NCBI GenBank assembly: GCA_963525085.1
Contig: CAURIH010000001.1
Coordinates: 758,521 to 822,520 of the forward strand
DNA: 64,000 bases
Direction of reading: 5' to 3'
Origin: an uncultured Candidatus Saccharibacteria bacterium
GTDB lineage: Bacteria; Patescibacteriota; Saccharimonadia; Saccharimonadales; Saccharimonadaceae
Shown in pieces: positions 9,315 through 19,307 of this stretch (its first letter is position 1; every line of letters begins with the position of its first letter). The position numbers and the translations under genes are program-made. Below the pieces are notes generated by a model. It saw only the letters and a program-made list of their open reading frames with translations. It did no database searches and was not told where the DNA came from.

Positions 9315-11651
9315 ATGGCTACAAAAAGAAAAACCACTCGCACTCGTTCGTCTACTCGCTCAAGCACTGCTCGTCGGCGCAGCCCGAGTAAGAGCAAAGC
9401 CAAGCAGGCCGCGCCGCAGCATACATTGCCAGCGGGGTTTTGGGCGCAGGTGTCGGCGGTGCTGTTGTTGGCATTTTCGGTGCTACTGGTGGTGTCGTGG
9501 TTTGGCTCGGGTGGGCCAATTCTCAAGTGGCTTGATGCGACGATGCTGCATATTATTGGCTATGCGGTGTATGTCGTCCCAGTAGTGGCGGTGTATGTGG
9601 CGGTGGCGATCTTTCGGGCGGAGGATAACCGCTTGCCAGTAGTGCTGAAACTTGCGGCAGTGCTGATGGTGTTATGGTTTGCGGGGCTATTTGGCCTACT
9701 GCGGCGAGGCTCGGCTGCGACAGGCGGTGTGATGGGTGACTTACTCAATCGTGCCATGCTGGCGCTGGTCGACCGGCCAGTAGGGGTTTTTGTGTATGTA
9801 TTGTTGATCGGCTTGACGCTACTCTTCGTTCTGCGTGTCTCGCCCATGGCGCTGTGGCGTGGCCTGCAAAACATGGTGCGCAGCGAGGCTGAGGCAGACA
9901 GTGCCGCCAATGTGGCAGTGGCCCGCCGCGCCGCTGATAGCCAAACACCAGACACCAGCAAAAAGGCCAAGCGCAATAAGGACGAGAAGGCCCAAGATAA
10001 GCCTGCTGCTATGAGTGACTTCAAGCTCAACGCGGGCGTCCCAACCCTCTCAGGCGATGGCCCGGCTGAGCCAAAACCAGACAAAAAACCACGGGCAACC
10101 TTGCGCGACAGCACACCGTCTACCTCTGTAGATAAAGCAGCTGAAGATCGGTCTGCCATGCTTGCTGTTAATGATCCCAACTGGCAGCCGCCCAGCCTGG
10201 AGCTGCTGGAGAAGCGTCAGAGCCCGGCTGATGCCGGCGACATTGAGCAAAATGCCCACATCATTCAAGATACGCTGCACGAATTTAATATCAATGTCGA
10301 GATGGAGGGGGCAAACATTGGCCCGAAGGTGACGCAATACACACTCAAGCCGCCTGTTGGCGTTAAGCTCAACCGCATCACTGCGCTGGAGACGAATATC
10401 GCGCTCAACCTCGCGGCATCCAGCCTTCGCATTGAGGCACCCATCCCAGGTAAGAAGGCCGTGGGCATTGAGGTGCCAAACCGCAAGGCAGCCGATGTGC
10501 GCCTGCGCGGGGTGCTAGATAGCCCCGAGTGGCAACACGCCAAGGAGCCGCTGGCGTTTGCTATTGGTAAGGATATCTCGGGCAGACCCTTCGTCGGTGA
10601 GCTCAATAAAATGCCGCACCTCTTGGTGGCGGGGCAAACGGGCTCGGGTAAGTCAGTGATGATCAACACGCTCCTCACTAGCTTGCTCTACCGCAACAGT
10701 CCCAGCGAAATGAAGCTCATCCTCGTCGACCCCAAGCAGGTAGAGATGGCACCGTATGCCGATATTCCACACCTCCTTACCCCTGTTATTGTTGAGCCAG
10801 AGAAAACCATTAGTGCCCTCAAGTGGGCAGTCAATGAAATGGAGCGGCGCTACAGTCTGCTGGCTGAGGAGAAGGTGCGTGACATCAAGACATATAACGA
10901 AAAGATCAAAACCCGCGGTAAGCAGATCGCCGTGGCTGATGAGCAAGGCCACATGCAAAAGGTCGACGAAGGCCGTATGCCGTATGTCGTTATTGTGGTA
11001 GACGAGCTAGCTGACCTGATGATGGTAGCAGCGCGCGATGTGGAGGCGCTGATCGTTCGCTTGGCTCAGAAGGCTCGAGCAGTTGGTATTCACCTAGTGC
11101 TGGCGACGCAGCGGCCCAGCGTGGATGTGATTACCGGCCTCATTAAAGCCAATGTGCCAGCCCGCATCGCCTTTACGGTGGCGAGCCAGGTAGATAGCCG
11201 TACTATTCTCGACCAAATTGGTGCCGAGAAGCTTCTTGGTCAGGGCGACATGCTGATGAAAACCGCGAGCATGCCCAAGCCCAAGCGTATCCAGGGTGCC
11301 TGGGTGATGGACGAAGAAGTCGCTAAGGTGACCGACCACCTGCGCATGCAGTCGGCACCGCAGTATAATGACGAGATCGTGAGCCAGCCTGTCCAGCTCA
11401 ATGGCAAAGGTGGCGTAGTGATGGATATGGATGGCAGTGGCGAAGGCAATGACGATATGTTCCGTGATGCTGTGCGGGTGGTGGTAGAGACCCGCAAAGC
11501 TTCGACCTCGCTCCTCCAGCGCAAACTCCGCGTGGGCTATGCCCGGGCTGCCCGCATTATGGAAGAGATGGAAGAGCAAGGCATCATTGGCCCAGCCGAT
11601 GGCTCACGCCCGCGCGATGTGCTGATCGGCAGTATGGACGAGCTGGGATAG
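9315..11651 (+). CDS. ftsK: DNA translocase FtsK
   Basis: 778 aa. Basic N-terminus, 4 TM segments, a linker, motor domain with Walker A (GQTGSGKSV) and VVIVVDELADLMM, and a C-terminal gamma wHTH (SLLQRKLRVGYARAARIMEEME). Confidence 0.93.
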   Translation: MATKRKTTRTRSSTRSSTARRRSPSKSKAKQAAPQHTLPAGFWAQVSAVLLLAFSVLLVVSWFGSGGPILKWLDATMLHIIGYAVYVVPVVAVYVAVAIFRAEDNRLPVVLKLAAVLMVLWFAGLFGLLRRGSAATGGVMGDLLNRAMLALVDRPVGVFVYVLLIGLTLLFVLRVSPMALWRGLQNMVRSEAEADSAANVAVARRAADSQTPDTSKKAKRNKDEKAQDKPAAMSDFKLNAGVPTLSGDGPAEPKPDKKPRATLRDSTPSTSVDKAAEDRSAMLAVNDPNWQPPSLELLEKRQSPADAGDIEQNAHIIQDTLHEFNINVEMEGANIGPKVTQYTLKPPVGVKLNRITALETNIALNLAASSLRIEAPIPGKKAVGIEVPNRKAADVRLRGVLDSPEWQHAKEPLAFAIGKDISGRPFVGELNKMPHLLVAGQTGSGKSVMINTLLTSLLYRNSPSEMKLILVDPKQVEMAPYADIPHLLTPVIVEPEKTISALKWAVNEMERRYSLLAEEKVRDIKTYNEKIKTRGKQIAVADEQGHMQKVDEGRMPYVVIVVDELADLMMVAARDVEALIVRLAQKARAVGIHLVLATQRPSVDVITGLIKANVPARIAFTVASQVDSRTILDQIGAEKLLGQGDMLMKTASMPKPKRIQGAWVMDEEVAKVTDHLRMQSAPQYNDEIVSQPVQLNGKGGVVMDMDGSGEGNDDMFRDAVRVVVETRKASTSLLQRKLRVGYARAARIMEEMEEQGIIGPADGSRPRDVLIGSMDELG

Positions 11652-11830
11652 AGCGGCGCAGTTTGCACGCAGGCTTAACAAGACACTACCTAACATATGC
11701 CTTTCTCTGTGCTATCCCCGAACGGAAGCTAGTCGTGACCAGTGTTAGTGCTGATGAGCTTGTTGCCAAGCCTTGACCGACCGATGGTCGAAAAGTACCT
11801 CTTGATGATTCGAGAGACGTGGAAATAACA

Positions 11831-12637
11831 CTACCCCGCACAATACTCACCCAGCAGCCGTACAGTGTGGTCGCTTTGCTCAATGGTACGTAGGGCGTGC
11901 TTGAGTGGAGCACCAGCGCTGTCGACAACGAGGAAGAATTTGTATTGCCAGGGCTGGCCGACGATCGGTTGAGACTGTAGGCTGCTGATATTGATGCCTG
12001 CCGCGGCGAAGATGCGCAACACCTCGAGTAGTGCACCAGGCTGGTGATTGGTCGTGATGACGAGCGTGGCGCGGTTGGCATGGGCTGGTGCGTGGCCTGG
12101 AGCGAGAACGATGAAGCGGGTGATGTTATCGTGGCTATCTTGGATGCTACGGCGCAGGATGGGTAGGTGATGGAGAGTAGCAGTAGCCTGGCCAGCGATG
12201 GCGGCTTTGTGCGGGTCGCCAGCTGCTTTGATATAGGCAACCGCTCCCGCTGTATCGAAAAATTCATTCTGCACCGCATGCGGCAGCTCGGCAGCAAGAA
12301 AGCGCTGGCACTGCGCAAGTGCGACGGGATGCGAATACACCTCAGTAATATCAGCTAGGCGAGCGCCAGGTAGTGTAATGAGCATCTGCTCAATGGTAAG
12401 ACGTACCTCACCAATGATGGGTAGCGGGCATGTTTCGAGGTAGTGGTACGGCTCGTTGATTGTTCCGTAAAGCGTGTTCTCCACCGCCACAACGATACCT
12501 TCGGCTTGACCAGTCGCATGCGTGTGAAAAACATCGCGAAACGTCGTGCACGGTACGGTATTGACCTGCGGCCCAAACCACTGCTGCGCTGCCTGCTCAT
12601 GAAACGACCCTGCTTGACCTTGGATGGCAATATGCAT
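11831..12637 (-). CDS. pheA: prephenate dehydratase (PDT + ACT domains)
   Basis: 268 aa starting MHIAIQGQAGSFHEQAA, with ...NITRFIVL and a C-terminal ACT-like segment. TATACT (rc of 12644-12649) lies 6 nt upstream of the ATG. Confidence 0.85.
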   Translation of the reverse strand: MHIAIQGQAGSFHEQAAQQWFGPQVNTVPCTTFRDVFHTHATGQAEGIVVAVENTLYGTINEPYHYLETCPLPIIGEVRLTIEQMLITLPGARLADITEVYSHPVALAQCQRFLAAELPHAVQNEFFDTAGAVAYIKAAGDPHKAAIAGQATATLHHLPILRRSIQDSHDNITRFIVLAPGHAPAHANRATLVITTNHQPGALLEVLRIFAAAGINISSLQSQPIVGQPWQYKFFLVVDSAGAPLKHALRTIEQSDHTVRLLGEYCAG

Positions 12638-12729
12638 GAGATTAGTATAGCACGGGGTAGAAATAGCAGAGATTATTCAATCACTCTTAGCTTAGTATAG
12701 CGCATTTGCCTTTGCGTACAACACCATGC

Positions 12730-12950
12730 TATAATACCACACGAGTTTCCTCTTTTCGGGGTAGGGCGCTGGTGTGAGCGCACTGCCTGGCAGAGAAGGT
12801 ATAGACACGAGGCGGAGGTGCTGCTCCCAATCGTACACGCAAATATGCTGGGCAACAGCCCAGTAATCGGTATTCTATGCTGCTACACCACCAATTAGGT
12901 GAGTGGGACAGGCAGCAGAGTTACGAACTATAAGCAATAAGGAGAATTGC
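12730..12950 (+). promoter_or_regulatory. promoter (TATAAT 12730-12735) plus ~210-nt structured 5' leader of rpsL
   Basis: Long untranslated leader with several hairpins (GCGCT..AGCGC, CTGCC..GGCAG, GCTGGG..CCCAGT, TGCTGC..CACC..GGTG..GCAGCA). AAGGAG SD lies before the ATG at 12951. Confidence 0.4.
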
Positions 12951-13364
12951 ATGCCAACCATTAACCAATTGGTGCGCAAGCCACGCAAGACGGCGGCCCG
13001 GAAGTCGAAGTCGCCAGCGCTGGGGCGCATCCACAACGCACTCAAGGTGCGCTACTACGACCAAAATGCACCACTCAAGCGTGGTGTCTGCGTCAAGGTA
13101 ACAACCAAAACCCCCAAGAAGCCAAACTCCGCGATGCGTAAAGTGGCTCGTGTCCGCCTCACCAACGGCCACGAAGTCTGGGCATACATTGGCGGCGAAG
13201 GCCACAACCTACAGGAGCACGCTGTGGTGCTCGTCCGTGGTGGCCGTGTGCCGGATCTCCCGGGTGTGCGCTACCACATCGTCCGTGGTGCACTCGACCT
13301 GCAAGGGGTATCGAAGCGTAAGCAGGGCCGCAGCAAGTACGGTGCCAAGAAGGAGGGTAACTAA
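12951..13364 (+). CDS. rpsL: 30S ribosomal protein S12
   Basis: [13 protein letters not shown]...[17 protein letters not shown] trimmed the start from the ORF-track GTG at 12903 to the SD-preceded ATG. Confidence 0.97.
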   Translation: MPTINQLVRKPRKTAARKSKSPALGRIHNALKVRYYDQNAPLKRGVCVKVTTKTPKKPNSAMRKVARVRLTNGHEVWAYIGGEGHNLQEHAVVLVRGGRVPDLPGVRYHIVRGALDLQGVSKRKQGRSKYGAKKEGN

Positions 13365-13366
13365 CC

Positions 13367-13846
13367 ATGCCTCGTAAAGTCACGAAAAAACTCCAGCGCA
13401 CTATCAAGCCAGACCGCAAGTACCAGTCGGTGCTGGTGCAGCGCTTGATTAATAAATCGATGCTAGACGGCAAAAAACAAGTTGCTGAGCGGGCTGTCTA
13501 TAGTGCGCTCGAGCAGGCCGCCCGAAGCCTCAAGAGTGAGGACCCACTGGAAGTGTTTGAGACCTGCATCAAGAACATCAGTCCTAGCTTTGAAGTAAAG
13601 AGCCGCCGCGTTGGTGGTGCGAACTACCAGATTCCATTCCCCATTCAGGGTCATCGCCAGCAGCACTTTGCCTTTATGTGGCTAGTGCAGGCTGCCCGAT
13701 CGAAGAGTGGTATGCCATATAGCAAGCGCCTGGCAACAGAGATCGTTGATGCGTGCAACCAAACTGGTGTCGCCTTCAAGAAAAAGGAAGACACCCACAA
13801 GATGGCCGAGGCCAACCGCGCCTTTGCCCACTTTGCTCGCGGTTAA
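13367..13846 (+). CDS. rpsG: 30S ribosomal protein S7
   Basis: 159 aa with ...VGGANYQIPFPI...MAEANRAFAHFA. Starts immediately downstream of rpsL. Confidence 0.97.
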   Translation: MPRKVTKKLQRTIKPDRKYQSVLVQRLINKSMLDGKKQVAERAVYSALEQAARSLKSEDPLEVFETCIKNISPSFEVKSRRVGGANYQIPFPIQGHRQQHFAFMWLVQAARSKSGMPYSKRLATEIVDACNQTGVAFKKKEDTHKMAEANRAFAHFARG

Positions 13847-13865
13847 GTTCTGCAGTGCAATGTAC

Positions 13866-13903
13866 AAAACCGCCCGAGGTAGATGCCTTGGGCGGTTTTG
13901 TTA
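13866..13903 (+). terminator. intrinsic terminator directly after rpsG
   Basis: AAAACCGCCC-loop-GGGCGGTTTTGTT. Confidence 0.85.
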
Positions 13904-14463
13904 TTGCTGTATGGTGAGCGGCTGGAGGAGCGGATAATAACGGTGTATCAATCATCTTGCTTTGGTAGCTCTCAGTATTTAGGAAGTGCGTGAGTGGGGG
14001 GGGAGAATCTATACCTAAAACCTCAGGAGACATCGCGTGTGCCTCCGCGTGTTATTTTATTCAGCACTAGCTGTTGAGCCTCCGTATGCGAGGGATGAGC
14101 TTATCTATATCTATTTGTGGTTTATATTTTATCTCGGCCCACGTGTAGCGATAGAGGCAGGCAGAGCAATAAAATCTTGCTGGTGAAGGCGGAGAAGTGC
14201 GCAATCAAGACCTAAAATGCTTGCGAAAAATATATAATTATCGTCCAAATAGCCACCACTGGTACGACAGGGGTACATATGGGGAAAATAATGCGAAAAT
14301 AAGGCCAAAAATAGCTTTGCAGGCGCTGGTTTTGTGCTATAATGCAAGTTGATACGATTACTTACTACCACGCTGCCAGCGCCACAACGTACGCAGCAGG
14401 GAGGAATCGGCAGAAAGGAGCCAATGCCGTTAACCAAAATCATAGTGCGGAGTATAAACAACT

Positions 14464-15195
14464 ATGAGAGAGTATACCAACGATAATACAAGAGAAGAGT
14501 CGTTTGCTGAAAGCGACAAATCGCCAGTGGGCGAGACAAAATATTCAAAATACGACACAGCAAACGATGGAAATGGGCCGACAGCCGAAGAGTTTAGAGG
14601 TCGCTACGGCAAGCCGAATGCCCTTGAGCTGCCATCTGTTCAAGAGATTCGAGGTTTGCTGCAGCGTGAGCTTGGGCCGCTATTTGCGCTGTCGATGGCA
14701 GAAATGACAGACCAGCACATCGATACCATTCATAATAAATTATCCGAGCTGCGCGATAAGCTTGGCTTGGCAATTGGTGATATTATTGAGGTCAATGATG
14801 TCCCATATGTCGTGCTAATTGTTGACGGCTTTAAGAGCCCTAAGGACACTCAAGGCGATGTATCATCGCTGTATTCCGCAATTGAGTCGTCGCTATCCCA
14901 CCAAGAAGCGGCGATTTCTTTAGGCGAAGATAGTGGAGCGGAAGAAGGGGTAATCGGCTCATTGATTGGGTTTTATGTTGGGAAGCGCCCAGACCAAGAG
15001 ATGGTCGATAGTGCCCCTGTTGTGTATGGCATTATTCAGGGTGAGCCAGGCGAAGGCCCGCAGATGATCACAGATCAAGGTGATGTGCTTGATGGCGAGC
15101 TGAGCACTGCAAGTGGTATTGTGCTGGTTCCGACTACAGAGTCGCAACGGCTTGAGTATAGTTTGGTCCAAGGAGACTTCTCGCTCGCTGCATAA
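14464..15195 (+). CDS. hypothetical acidic protein
   Basis: 243-aa ORF, D/E-rich, no family recognised. Sits in lower-GC surroundings. No SD at its ATG; a 20-codon SD-led uORF (14424-14486) overlaps the start. Confidence 0.5.
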   Translation: MREYTNDNTREESFAESDKSPVGETKYSKYDTANDGNGPTAEEFRGRYGKPNALELPSVQEIRGLLQRELGPLFALSMAEMTDQHIDTIHNKLSELRDKLGLAIGDIIEVNDVPYVVLIVDGFKSPKDTQGDVSSLYSAIESSLSHQEAAISLGEDSGAEEGVIGSLIGFYVGKRPDQEMVDSAPVVYGIIQGEPGEGPQMITDQGDVLDGELSTASGIVLVPTTESQRLEYSLVQGDFSLAA

Positions 15196-15214
15196 AGGTT
15201 AGTTATAGACGAGA

Positions 15215-15245
15215 GAAAACCAGTGTGATGAGCACTGGTTTTTCT
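15215..15245 (+). terminator. intrinsic terminator
   Basis: AAAACCAGTG-tgatgag-CACTGGTTTTTCT. Confidence 0.85.
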
Positions 15246-18080
15246 GTACGAAAATCTATGGTGATTGCAAAGAATAAACAAGGGTATGTACTATGCCATT
15301 GAATTTTTAAGGATCGGCGTGTATTGGTTGGTGCAATGCGCTCGTTTTGGTAAGAAAATAATGTAATGTTTATATCACAAAGACATCTCTGTGCTATATG
15401 GATTCTCTTTGTGTATTATACATTGCTTGAGAGTGAGCAAGAGAATGTCTGAATATAACAAGAGTATATTCAGACTAGTAGATGGTAAATTAAGCGAGTA
15501 TAGATGCGCTCATGTACTATATATAGGGTATGGTGATGAGCATATTGCGTGCAGAGTGAGTCGATTACTTCATCGAATATGTCTTTTTTGTATATGATGC
15601 CACACATAACACAAGCAAAGAGGTAGTAAGAGAGCGTGAATAATGAAAGAATTCGTTCATGTAATCTATCGCTACTATATTGATGATAATTTGAGTGAGC
15701 ACGAAGTGAATTAGCTATTAGTGTGATATGAATTGAAATCTAAAAAGCAAAAATGAGAAAAGCGCAGAATATAGTGCAGAGCTACTAGTAGCTTTTTGTA
15801 GTAGCTGAGGTACTTTTGCAAAATGATTTACAAAAATATGAGTGAGCACTACATTATTAATAATTATTCTGTAGCAAAATATTATTTTTTGTCCGTTCTA
15901 ATTGGTGTGCGATGTATATGCTGCGATATTTTCGCATACAGAAAGAGTGATAGAAGTGTGCTATTGCAAAAAAATGATTTTTCAACGACTAGAGTAGCAA
16001 GCGGATACTACATACGTGACAAAAAATAATGACGCATTGCGACGCTGTAATAAAAAACGCTGATATACTATTTGTTATTGATAAAAAATTAGTGATGTCT
16101 AGCAAAAACGTTCGCGACTTTGCAACATAATGCGCGTGCAAAATATCTTTTTGCTACCATGTGAGTGATGAATGATATAAGAATGGTTTGTTTGGTAGTA
16201 AATATAAAATGAGTAAGATGACGGTGTGTACACCTGCGTGCAAATTTGTGAGTGAGCATGCAAAAATTGATATAGCTAGGTAGAAAAATAGAGGTGCGAC
16301 GTACAGTATGTGTGATAAAAATGAAATGCGTGTAGTAGCAGTGCAAATTTTCACATTTTTGATTAGGGAAATCTGCAAAAATGAATGTGAGGTCGTGAGA
16401 TGAAGTAGGGAGTGAGTTCGATTGAGTAAATGACTGTCTTGTTTTGGCTAAAATCTGTGCGGCGTGTGCAAATACAAGAGGCTTGAATGAGATGCAAGAA
16501 GCGAATTAAGTAATGGGCTGCCACGCTAAATTTCATGAACAGAATATAATGATATTCATAATAAAAATTTGAGAATGACATAACTCGGTCCGGCAAATTG
16601 GTGCAAAAATATAGCACTAAGAAGCAATGATGGTTCGTATGCGCCAAAATAATGTGATGATTTTGGTGAGGGGCACATGACATGCGAACTAGGTAGTGTG
16701 GTGGTTGATTGGTTTGTAAACAAAAATGGTATTTTTTGCCATGACGTGATGTAACGATGGAGTGCGTGACGAAAATTTTCTGCATCACGAGACATGATAG
16801 TGCACACTTGGGGTGAGGTGAGTGTATGAAAATATTAGAATAATATTCAACGATAGGCTTGAAAGCAAAATTTGCATAACTAAGCAGATGGATGCGATGA
16901 GGGTTAGAAATAGGAGGCATTGGTAAGCCAAAATATGCGGTAAGTACGAGTAACTTTATAGCCTAGAGGGTGCTTTGTGAGGTAATGGTGGTGGTTGGAT
17001 TTGCGTCTGCCTTGAATCAATGTGGCATAGTCACAAATTTTCATGATTGGTTGCATAATGCAAGGAAAGGATGGTTAATGGTGAGATAGACATAACCGAT
17101 ATAGTAAAGCATAAGTTGTATAGAGCTAGCTTAGCTGGCTAGGGCGAAGTTAAAAAATGGATGGAGCATCATGTATATAATCCAGAGAGTGAGCTAGTAT
17201 GGTGATATTTTCAGATTTTTGAGCGTGAGTGGCTAATTGTGTACTGAATGTGCGATAAACATAAGCATTGTATAGTGGTCATGGCTATTAAATACACACG
17301 ATTCAATAGGGTGCGATGTATGGCTTGTGCAGAAAATAATGACGCGCCATGGATGGTACGAATGAAGGTTTCAAAATTTTCACGTTTTGCACTATATAGT
17401 ACTTTATGGTATGAAAAAAGCAACAAAATATTGGGTGCAAATGTGCGATGTATGGAGGTGGAGCAGCTGGCTCTATATAAGTAGTGTGCAAAAATGAGAT
17501 CGACATAATGGCTCCATGGAGCGCTATAGATAGCTCTGACAAAAATGCACAAGGAGACAGCAAAATGATACTTCGCTTTATTCAGAAGCAATAGCGAAAT
17601 AAGCATAAGCGAAAACTGACTCGATAATTTTTGCAGATACATCGCAGCACTAAAAAAGCTAAAAAGGCGAGAGACTAGGTAGTATATACATGACAAGTAA
17701 GGACGGTTCATTTTTTCACATTTTGACATATAACGAGTATTATTTTCTAGATGTGATAGCGTTTAAAGGGTGCTCTGCTGAGCTTATATATAATATATGG
17801 GCATAATATATTAAGGACAGTGATGGGGCGAAGAAAGCAAATTTTAGCACTATAATGTAATTATCTTTTTTGTGAAATGTGGATAGAATATATGATTATA
17901 CTGTACTACTTCTTGGTCTATGGCAGGACAGATAAGTGCTTGCAAGACATGGCGCAACCATGCAGCGAATGAGGCGGCCAATAACTCATATTACGCAGTG
18001 CGTGTAGCTACTCAAAAATAGAAAAATTAAAAGTACAACACCTCCACACCCCTGTACCTCGCTAGACTTTGTATGCTGTC
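15246..18080. other. AT-rich, G>C-skewed ORF desert R1 (~2.8 kb) with recurring short motifs
   Basis: No protein-like ORF on either strand. Hand counts: 15661-15780 has 26 G / 12 C of 120 nt, and 16201-16320 has 32 G / 12 C. Exact TGCAAAAAT occurs at 16259, 16374, 16602 and 17487. Exact GAGTGAGC occurs at 15431, 15693, 15840, 16250 and 17187. Confidence 0.8.
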
Positions 18081-18160
18081 TCGCGTATAATATAATGCGT
18101 TATTAACCTAAGTTTATCGTCCGGATAAACATCCATATGGATTCCAAAGGAGGTTTACAT

Positions 18161-18505
18161 ATGAAACAATATGAACTAACGGTTTTGATTCGGCCAGATC
18201 TAGAATCAAACCTTGAGGCGCCACTTGCTAAAGTACGTGAGCTGGTGCTCGGCGCTGGTGGCTCTATTACCAGCGAAGACAACTGGGGCAAGAAAAAGCT
18301 GCAGTATAGTATTAAGAAGGAAGACTTTGCGGTGTATGTCTACTTTGAGGTGGCGCTGCCTGCCGATGCACCGCTAAAGATCAGCAATGCGCTGAATATT
18401 TCTGACGATGTGATCCGCTACTTGCTCGTCAAAGTAGACGAGAAGGGCCGCAAGCTGATGGCAGAGGCCAAAGCGCGTGAAGCCAGCCGCCAAACAGAAG
18501 AGTAA
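18161..18505 (+). CDS. rpsF: 30S ribosomal protein S6
   Basis: MKQYELTVLIRPDLE... AAAGGAGG SD at 18146-18153. I trimmed the start from the ORF-track 18137. Confidence 0.93.
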   Translation: MKQYELTVLIRPDLESNLEAPLAKVRELVLGAGGSITSEDNWGKKKLQYSIKKEDFAVYVYFEVALPADAPLKISNALNISDDVIRYLLVKVDEKGRKLMAEAKAREASRQTEE

Positions 18506-18553
18506 AAATTACCACAACAACTAATAACCACAGTAAAGAATCGAGGAGGATAT

Positions 18554-19003
18554 ATGGCTCGAGGATTTAGCAAAGTTATTTTGATGGGCAATTTGACGCG
18601 CGACATAGAGGTGCGCACCACAGCAAGTGGGCAGAACGTAGCGAATTTTACACTAGCGGTCACTCGCACATGGCGCAACCAAAATGGCCAAAACCAAGAC
18701 CAAACCAGCTTCATCAACTGTGTAGCCTGGGGGCGGACTGGCGAAACCATTGCGCAATATGTAAAGAAGGGTAGCCCGCTGCTCGTCAGTGGTCGCCTCG
18801 ACCAGCGCAGCTACGACGATAAGGATGGCAACAAGCGTTCTGTTGTAGAAGTGACAGTAGAGGACTTCACCTTCGTTGGTGGTGGACGTGCTGACGGAAA
18901 TACAACACCGACTACAGCGCCAACTAACAGTGGTAGCAGCCAGGATGTTGTCATCGAAGACATCGACGACAAACCAATTGACCTATCAGAAATACCATTT
19001 TAA
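18554..19003 (+). CDS. ssb: single-stranded DNA-binding protein
   Basis: OB-fold N-terminus (KVILMGNLTRDIEVRTTASG...TSFINCVAWG) and an acidic C-terminal tip ...DLSEIPF. Confidence 0.93.
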   Translation: MARGFSKVILMGNLTRDIEVRTTASGQNVANFTLAVTRTWRNQNGQNQDQTSFINCVAWGRTGETIAQYVKKGSPLLVSGRLDQRSYDDKDGNKRSVVEVTVEDFTFVGGGRADGNTTPTTAPTNSGSSQDVVIEDIDDKPIDLSEIPF

Positions 19004-19027
19004 CAACACACTAAAGGAGAACAAATA

Positions 19028-19228
19028 ATGGCCAAGCGCATGCGCAAGGACACACCGGTCTATTTTGACTACAAAGATGCAAAAACATTGCAAAAGTTCA
19101 TTAATATTTATGGGCAGATCGAGCCACGCAGTCGCACAGGGTTGTCGGATAAACAACAACGACAGCTCGCTGTAGCAGTGAAGCGGGCTCGCCACTTGGC
19201 GTTGTTGCCATTTGTGGCGCAAGGTTAG
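19028..19228 (+). CDS. rpsR: 30S ribosomal protein S18
   Basis: 66 aa with ...[27 protein letters not shown]...[10 protein letters not shown]. Confidence 0.93.
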   Translation: MAKRMRKDTPVYFDYKDAKTLQKFINIYGQIEPRSRTGLSDKQQRQLAVAVKRARHLALLPFVAQG

Positions 19229-19307
19229 AAGCTTTTTCAGCGCAGTACCTCTGTGACTGCGCTGGCGGATGTTTCGAACGAAGCAGCAACTACTAAACAG
19301 GAGATAG

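Noticed and set aside
11700-11830. A possible degenerate family-1 copy after ftsK (CTTTCTCTGTGCTATCCCC resembles the 5' end TTTTCTCTGTGCTAGCTCACC).
   Set aside because: Only about 20 nt resemble the element. The conserved linkers and the 3' arm are not detectable by eye, so this is too weak to call.
13996-14003. A G8 homopolymer in the rpsG-downstream spacer. G6 tracts also occur at 35305-35310 and about 47818-47823.
   Set aside because: They are intergenic with no obvious promoter-spacing or coding consequence. Noted only as possible additional slippage-prone sites.
16363-16920. Long minus-strand ORFs inside the AT-rich deserts (16363-16920, 17211-17729, 20063-20569, 16089-16378, 63565-63951).
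   Set aside because: The translations are dominated by H, Y, F, C, I, S and L, with almost no D, E, G or K. There is no SD or -10 box in the right place. The open frames are what a C-poor plus strand produces by chance, so I treat them as non-coding.
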